A stretch of DNA of 64,000 bases from Prorocentrum cordatum (taxonomy: Eukaryota): assembly GCA_963575745.1 (NCBI GenBank), contig CAUYUJ010000128.1, forward strand, positions 1-64,000. Reading direction: 5' to 3'. Position numbers and translations under genes: made by a program. The notes beneath the pieces are model-generated. The model did not search any database. It saw only the letters and a list, made by a program, of their open reading frames with translations, and was not told the DNA's origin. Positions 57,701 through 64,000 of the stretch are shown piece by piece; within the stretch, counting starts at the first letter, position 1; each line of letters begins with the position of its first letter.

Positions 57701-57841
57701 CCCATGGGCCCTCGTCCACGCACCTCGCCTCCCGTCCTGGTGCGCCGGCCCCGGCCTCCGCCCGACGCAGCCGAGGCGGAGCTGGAGTCGGCGGCCCGCC
57801 AGCGCGCTGCGCTGGAGAGGGCGCTGGCGACGGCGCAGCAG
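31626..57841 (+). CDS. Intron-rich host gene encoding a PDZ-domain + coiled-coil protein; 3' end not located
   Basis: Proposed in-frame exons are 31626-31754, 36144-36230, 36590-~36829, ~37012-37141, 39299-39363, 42732-42857, 49461-49523, 53483-53566, 56400-56435 and 57776-57841. The PDZ-like segment reads LEFTFMQRALGLELDLREGVVRAIKPGGQAESLLVQVMDRLVAIDGDPL...MLKQRMQSMPRPVTLTF. The heptad-rich segment reads ELRELAQRLEAELQQARE|ELASSREDLRAANADAVAAVE|ECSTSHEEAASLRADLADL...|AELESAARQRAALERALATAQQ. Exon 1 and the 3/4 junction are uncertain. Confidence 0.7.
32097..33705. mobile_element. Foldback-like unit with ~330-370-bp inverted arms (32097-32425 and 33330-33705)
   Basis: GTTACCGGTTTCGTTTTGCCG...GGTGACCACACCGTGTGGTGAGTCGGTGGGG...TCTCGGGCGACTG and its reverse complement. 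A partial third copy lies at ~25580-25790. Confidence 0.75.
33108..33298. mobile_element. ~190-bp MITE family B; other copies at 36832-37004, 52284-52482, 52903-53097 and 54468-54655; partial copies at ~26750, ~45300 and ~59460
   Basis: Long imperfect TIRs GAA..AAC...CATAAAC(T/A)..GGCGCTCCGCGCGGA and TCCGCGCGGAGC.CCA..(G)TT.ATGTT...TTC around a GC-rich core CCCCTGGCGCGCTCCGCGCGCCAGGG. Confidence 0.85.
36590..37070 (+). CDS. PDZ-domain exons of the host gene, interrupted by a MITE at 36832-37004
   Basis: The LGL loop, VxPGGQA, DRLVAIDG and RPVTLTF motifs are typical of PDZ domains. Confidence 0.8.
40525..40935. repeat. (GGA)n microsatellite of ~400 bp, the largest of many GGA/CCT, GAC/GTC, GAT and GGT tracts
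   Basis: Seen directly. Others lie at 43-118, 225-405, 21075-21300, 23980-24055, 37240-37460, 46705-46880, 53165-53482, 56470-56650 and 56805-56880. Confidence 0.98.
41185..41972 (+). mobile_element. ~790-bp dispersed element with internal ~70-bp subrepeats; inverted second copy at 46876-47588
   Basis: Shared ends (ACTTGTCCATGTCGCACCCCGAG...TTAGGGCGGGCC; GGGAGCTTGGAGGGA.GGTT.A.TCCAA.ATCG.TGATGACTCT) and repeated TTTCAAAATGTGG.TCTCGCCTTAGCGC units. Confidence 0.85.
46876..47588 (-). mobile_element. Inverted copy of the 41185-41972 element
   Basis: Colinear as the reverse complement over ~700 bp. Confidence 0.85.
51730..52284 (+). repeat. Dispersed repeat shared with ~54160-54467, each copy followed directly by a MITE B
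   Basis: TTCGGATGCGGCACCT.TGGCCGACGAGCCGCCGCGCACGCACCGCACCGCTTCGCAGAGTGGTCGCCGCC and CCGTTTCGGCAGACGCAAGCATCG occur in both. Confidence 0.85.
55065..55400. repeat. ATCCAATCC-rich degenerate repeat punctuated three times by GCGCCTG(C/T)GGCGGGC
   Basis: Seen directly. Confidence 0.8.
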
Positions 57842-58259
57842 GAGCCGTCGTCGTCGACGTCGTCGTCGTCGTTGCCGCCACCGCCGCCCCACGTCGTCGT
57901 CGTCGTCGGAAGTCGTCGTCGTCGGAAGTTAAGAGTCAGTTTTCTAAGGGTCCGGCGATGACCGGGGTTGTCGAGGTCGCCCTCCCCCCCGCCAGGATAA
58001 CGTTATCTAGCCGGTTGTGCAGGTCCGCGGGGGGGGCGCAGGGAGCTCGCAATGGGCGCTGAGTTCAACGGCGCGGTGGTGTGCGCCACAGCGTACTGGT
58101 GTTTGGATGCACGTTGGCGAAACGTTGGGGCATGGAGTGGCACGGGACGACAACGTCGACGACGACAGACGACGACGACGACGACAGACGAAGACAGACG
58201 ACGACCGACGACGACAGACGACGACGTCAAACGACGACAGACGTCGTCTATAGGCATCT

Positions 58260-59160
58260 GGAGGTGCACATGGGCAGCGCGCACACAGGCATTGCGCTGA
58301 GTACAGGCAGCGAGGCCATTTGGTGCGCGCATTCCCTGCTGGTGCAGCAGGATCAGTTGTGTACGCAGGCGTTGTGGCGCAAGCAAGCATAAGTGCACGC
58401 AGGTCGCGCGGTGCACGCGGGCATCGTGAGGCACCCAGGCAATATGGTAAAGACAGGCTTTGTGGTGTGCACCTTAATTGCTACACCATCAGTTATCCTT
58501 CACGCAGGCATCCCAGGCATGATGGTATTCACGAATAACTTACATACTGAATTTGATACTTTCGGACCCCTGCGGATTTTCCAGATTGGGGCCCCCGCGG
58601 GACCATGAAGGTGCACGGAAGCGTTGTGGCGCAAATGTTCGCCATGCGTTGTTGTGCACGTGGCTCCTGTGGTGTGCACAAGCGCCGCAGTGTACACAGG
58701 CGCTATGGTGCACACGGTTGCTGTTCAGACAGGCGCTGCGGTGTACACACGCAGCTGTGGTGTACAAAGCCGTCGTGGTGTACCTTCAACAGGAACCGTG
58801 GTGTACACAAACATGGTCGGCCCAAAACGGACGGACGGCGAGGACCCGGGCCAGAAAAATCAATAATCACAAAAAGTATACATGTTGAATTTGATACGTT
58901 TGGGCCCGGGGGTATTTTCCAGATTTGGGCCCCGCCGGGACCTTGGAGGTGCACTGAAGCGTTCAGGCGCAAATGTTCGCCATACGCTGTGGTTGGTGCA
59001 CGTGGCTCCTGTGGTGTTCACACATGCATCGGGGTATACACAGGCGCTGTGGCGCACGCAGAAGCCTCTGCTGCAGCTGCAATTGTGCTGTGCAAGACCG
59101 TTCTGGCTCAGGCTTTTTTGGTAGCGCTCACAGGCAATGTGGTGCACGCGTGTTCTACAG
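58260..59160. repeat. GTGCAC/GTGTAC-rich repeat with a ~340-bp-period duplication (58548 and 58886)
   Basis: TGAATTTGATAC...ATTTTCCAGATT...GCGCAAATGTTCGCCAT...GTGCACGTGGCTCCTGTGGTGT occurs twice. Confidence 0.8.
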
Positions 59161-61949
59161 ATAGTGTAAGCAAAGGACTTCGCGGCTACGCTTAGCAATC
59201 ACATCCCGCGTATTCCAATGCGAGCTGTCCAGACATCCCCAGGCATTCTCAGACGGCGCCCGCATCGTCGCAGCACCAATAGAGGCATCGCGGCAGCATC
59301 GTTAGCAGCTGTATGGGCCGCAGAACCGGTGCGCGCGGGCAGATGCAGGGCTGCCCACAGCGCGAAGGTAAGATTGGTGGCCGGCCCCCTCTCCCGGAGA
59401 ACCCAGGTTATCGCCGATTCAAACAAAATGGTCTCCAATCGCCGAGAGAGACCGAAACAACACACTCATAAACATCTACTTCTGAGGGCGCCGCGCGGAG
59501 CTCTTGGGTCTGCGCCGGCCCCCTCCCCCCTTTGGCGGCGCCTCCGGCGAAGCCCCTGGTGCCTTCCGCGCGCCGAGAAGGGGGGGGGGGCCAGCACAGA
59601 GTCAAGAGTTCCCAGCGGCCCATCGAAGGTTGCGCCTGCGCCGCTCTTATCCTCTTTTCGGCGGCCAGCGAGGGTGGAAGGGGGAAGGAGGAGACCTTCT
59701 CAGAAGGCGGCGGGACTTCTCAGAAGTCCTCGCGCCTTCTGAGAAGTGTCTGTTGTGTCTTCGGGGCACGCTCAGGAAACGTCTCAGAAGGCCAGGGGGC
59801 TTCCGCCGAGCGTTCTGGAAAGTGCGCTGGAGTTTGCAGGATCCTGCAGAGCCATGGGTGCACTGACCCGGGCTTGGCTGAAGGATTTTGAAGGATCCTG
59901 CAGGGCCTGATTGACTCCTGTCTGGACTGACCCGGGCCAGTAGGTCCCCGGACGTCGACATGTTGAGCTTGGGGCGCTCTGGAGTCAGGGAGACTTAGGC
60001 GTCGCGCAATGGGGGGGCGATAAGACGGGAGGGGAAAACCACAGACACATTTCATAGTCGATCTCCAGGAAAGTATGGTAAACATGGGAATCGGGGGTGA
60101 AGACGAAAACCCAGAAAATATAGGAAAGATTGGGAATCTGGGGATTTCTGTATTTATTTGTGTGTCCCTGGGCCCCTCTGATCGGTGCTGGGGGCAGCGA
60201 GGGCTGCAGAGAAGTCGCCCTCGCGGGCCCCTCGAGGGCCCCTTCGGGCCCCCAAGGGGGCCTTTAGGGCCTGGTGAGTGCACCTTTCTTCCCCGCCCGA
60301 ATTGGTCCCCCATTAAGCGACGCTTTGACTACACGTAAGAGGTACCTTTCGCCGGAGTGACCTTTCGTGCGGGCCCCAGGGGGCCCCCCGATCGCCGAAT
60401 ACGATGCGATAGTAGCGGCTTGCGCTCCTGGTGGTGTCCCCGAAGGGCCTCCCATTGGCCGCGCACTAAAGGTTACTCTTCCCTAGGGTCACTCTTGCGT
60501 GTAGCCGAACGTTCCCTTCAATGTGCTTTCGCGAGGCCGAGTGGCGATCGCGCGCGGCGGCGCCCGTTTGCCACAACCCACGCGCGCGCTGATCAGGGGA
60601 GGTCGCAGAAGTAAAAACGTGGTCGCTGCGGCATTGCAGCACTATGTGTAAGGCGGCGCGTAATGCCCGTTTTGCTTGGTTGCTGCACGTGTCTTGCATG
60701 TGCGGATTGCCCCCACGCAGCGATGCTTCGCGCGAGGTGATTGCGCCGATTTGGGGCGACGATGCGCTCGTTCATGCGGGCAGAGCGCCTCCGCTTGGCG
60801 AGGCCTCTTGAAGCGTCTAGCATGCCGCCAAGTCTGTTCCTTCTGGGCTCGCAGCCCCTCGTCCCCCTTCCCTCCTTGGCGGCGCGCCACAAAAGTGGAA
60901 TGTCGTTCCTCTTTGTTTTGTTCAGCGCTTGCGCTTGCCACGTTCTTTTGGGCGGTCATGGTTTGTGGCTCGCCTCTCGCTTGGCCTCTTCCCTTTGCCC
61001 TACCCCTTCCTCTGTTCGCATTGTTGTTGTTCGGTTTTGCTCCTTGCGCGCATCTCGAAATGGAGGGCCCGGTCGGCTCGTGGAGGGCGCGACTTCGTTG
61101 ACACATTGTACGCACTGCGGATGCGTGCAGAGGGTCGGGCGTTTGCGTCATGCCGATTTGTTCGCGGCAAGTCCCGCGCACTGCGATTGCGCATGTTTCG
61201 GCGCGGCAAGTTCTAGATCGTCGCGCATACCCGTGCAATGGCCGCAACATGTGACGCAGTTATCCGCATCGATTCGGGGCGTACTTCGATTTCGTTGTCG
61301 TCCCCCACCCTTTCCTCCGCCCCCCCCCTGTGAGTCCCCCGATTTTTCTGCCTCTTTCTGCGTCCGTTGTTCTTGCCTCTGTTGGGTCTCTCACGGGTTA
61401 CTCTCAGGCCGCATTGGGTTTGTCACGGGGTCCTGTTGGGTTGTATTGGGGGCCTCTTGGGGTTTTTTGGGGCCGTGTTGGAGCTCTGTATGACACTTCG
61501 GGGCCATCGTGGGCCGTCGTGAGCTCCCCGAGGGGGTCTGCTGGTGCCGTCTGGGGTCGTGCCCGCCTCCTTGGCGGTTTCTTGGAGTTGCTTGCGGGTG
61601 AGCGGCTGCAGTGCAGGTGCGGCGGTGACGGCATCGGAGTTGCGTCCTGGTCTCGGCAGACCAGCTGCGTCGCGTTCCCAAACGGGGTGGCTAGTGGAGG
61701 GCCTCCGACGGCCCCGCTTTGACGTTTGAGTGTTGGCCCCCCCCGTTCGAAGAAAGCATTGTGGACTTAGGGGATTTTCTCGGGTTCTTGAACAAATCCC
61801 GCCCTGGAGCCTCGATGGCCCCAAAGCACGAAACATTTGTCGATCCACGAAATTTGATATGGAGTTCTCCGCGTCCCAAGTAAGGTCCTCATGTGGGTGC
61901 CCGGCGGTCCCGCAATTCAGGGCCTTACTTTGGGTTTTCTGCGGTCGGA

Positions 61950-63100
61950 GGTCCCACAATCCCACAGGTCCTACAGTTCCCACAGGGCCGACACTTTTCG
62001 CAGATTTCGCAGGTCGCGCAGGTCTCACAGTCCCCGCATGTCCCACACGTCCCACAGGTCCCACAGGTCTGTCAGGTCTCTCAGATCGCGCAAGTCCCAC
62101 TAAGCGCAAGGTTCCCACAGGTCCCACTGGTCCCTCGGGTCCCACAAGTCCCCCAAGTCCCACAGCCGTCGCAAGTCTCACAGGTCCCGCATGTCACACA
62201 TACCCCACATATTCACCAGGTCCCGCAGGCCCAACAAATCTTGCAAGCGCCGCAGGCCTCGCAAAAATGGGAGGTTTCGCAGGCTCCACACGTCCCAGTG
62301 GTCTAACAAATCGCATGGTTCTTTCATGTTTCATGAATCCTAGAGGTCCCACAGGTTCCACATGTCCGACCGCTCCCACAACGCCCACAGGTCCCACATG
62401 CCCCGCTTGTCTTCGCAGGTCTCGTTGATCCTGCAGGCCCCTCAGGTCTCACAGGACCCACATGCCCCACAGGTCCCACAGTTCCAGGAAGTCTCGCAAG
62501 CCCCGCAATTCCCATAGGCCCCACTGATCCCACAGAACAGACATGTCCTACACGTCCCGCAGGTCACACAGGTCACACAGGTCCAGCGGGTTCCACAGGT
62601 CCCACAGGCCCCACAGGTCGCACAGGTCTCACAGGTCCCTCAGGTCTCACGGGCCACACGGGTCCCACGGGTTCCACAGGTCCGACGGGCCCCACTGGTC
62701 CCACAAGTCCCGCGTGTCTCGCAAGTCTTGCAGGTCGCACAGGCCCCACAGGTCTCACAGGTTTCTCATGTCCCACAGGCCTCAAAGGCCCTGCATTTCC
62801 CACAGGTCCAACAACTCCCACACATCCCACAGGTCTCGCAGCTCTCTTTGGCCCCGCAGGTCCCACAAGTCGAGGTCCCACAGGTCCCACAGCTCCAACA
62901 GGGCTCGTTGATCCTGGAGGTCCGACAAGTGCCAGAGGTCCTACAGCCCCCGGAGGGCTCGCGGGTCTCGTAAGTCCCGCAGGTCCCACAGGTCCCACAG
63001 GTCCCGCAGGTCCCGCATGTCCTACAGGTCCCACAGGTTTCGCAGCTCCAACTGGTTTAGCAGGCCTCGATGGCCCCACATGTCCTATAGGTTCCACCTG
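61950..63100. repeat. Degenerate 9-bp minisatellite (CCCACAGGT)n
   Basis: Period 9. It gives collagen-like Gly-Pro-X translations that are broken by stops. Confidence 0.9.
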
Positions 63101-64000
63101 TCTCTCATGTCACCTCTGCTGCTTTCGGGGTGTTTTGCTAGGGTAAGTTTTGAGGTACTGGGCGCACGTTATTGCTTGAGCTACGCGCAGTGCCAAATGG
63201 ACCATGAGCGCAAGTGGGAAACGCTGCCCCACAAATGCGACATTTCGCCCGTCCCGGGTTTTGTATGTGAACTTGCGGAGGCGGTGGTTTCCCGTCTCCT
63301 CCTCCGTTCCTTTGGCGAGGTGAAGGAAGGGAGGAGGAGGATGAGGAGGAGGAGGAGGAGGAGGAGGAGATGGAGAGCAAGGCAAGATGTCGGAGCAGGA
63401 GGCAAGAGGCAGGAGGAGGGGAGGAGGGGGCGGAGGACAAGGCAAGCAGCCAGAGGCAAAGGGCAGGGGGCAGGAGACTCATCGTCCCTCCTCGTCCGCC
63501 TCATGCTCCTCATTATTCTCTTCTTCCTCCTCCTCCTGCTCCTCCTCGTCCTCCTCCTCCTCCTTCCCCCCGTCTCGCCACGAAGGAGGATGAAGAGGAA
63601 GAGGAGGAGGAGGAGGACGACGACGAGGAATAGTAGGAGATGGCAGAGGAGGAGGTGGAGGAGACGGCCCGCGGTCGTGCTCAAGACTCATCGTCCCCGT
63701 GTGCAGTGCTTGTCCTTGTGAGCCCTCTGCGCCCGGGGGCTTCGGCCGGTGCCCGTTTTTGGCGGGCGCCCGTGAGCGCTCTTCGCGCGCGGAGGGTATG
63801 CCGAGCTTTCGCCTGGTGTCAGCCCATTGGGCGCCCCGTGGGCAGCCCGACAGCTTGCACCACGCAGCTTGCGCCACGCAGGCACAACACGTCGTGCAAC
63901 ACAGGGCTCACTCAGAGGAAGGGAAGGTACTCCAGATTTCGTATTAAAAAGGAGGGGGTCCAGACGAGAAGTTTTAGACCCCCCCCCCCCCTTGGGAGAA

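Noticed and set aside
58330..58392. Terminal exon DQLCTQALWRKQA* of the PDZ gene
   Set aside because: It has a GCAGCAGGA junction repeat but lies within a GTGCAC-rich repeat with similar sequence at ~59040, so support is insufficient.
61423..63097. Collagen-like Gly-Pro-X protein
   Set aside because: It arises from a 9-bp minisatellite, the frames are interrupted by stops, and there is no signal peptide or flanking domain.

Overview
GC-rich, repeat-saturated eukaryotic DNA. GA/GC splice donors, AG|G acceptors, long repeat-filled introns and relics of the dinoflagellate spliced leader point to a dinoflagellate; a Prorocentrum-like genome is my inference and is not proven. The window has two parts. 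(1) Bases 1-23.3 kb hold co-oriented, essentially intronless minus-strand ORFs mixed with satellites. These include a CMC/EnSpm(Plavaka)-like DDE transposase fragment that is missing from the ORF track, a 503-aa unknown ORF, a 256-aa ORF with an AP2-like C-terminus, an 8x32-bp palindrome array, a 215-aa orphan, and a ParB/Srx-like + SET-like fusion with one frameshift and one intron. Four of these ORFs have a spliced-leader relic just upstream, and two unrelated ORFs end on the same hairpin-repeat + 28-bp-satellite module. (2) Bases ~24-64 kb hold one plus-strand host gene encoding a PDZ domain and a coiled coil, with about 10 short exons at 31.6-57.8 kb. Its introns are full of MITE-like elements, long inverted repeats and GGA/GAC microsatellites, and several are bounded by direct repeats. 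Most ORF-track entries are spurious translations of repeats. All domain calls are by-eye motif recognition and need HMM or structure confirmation. Many block junctions fall in microsatellites, so misassembly cannot be excluded.
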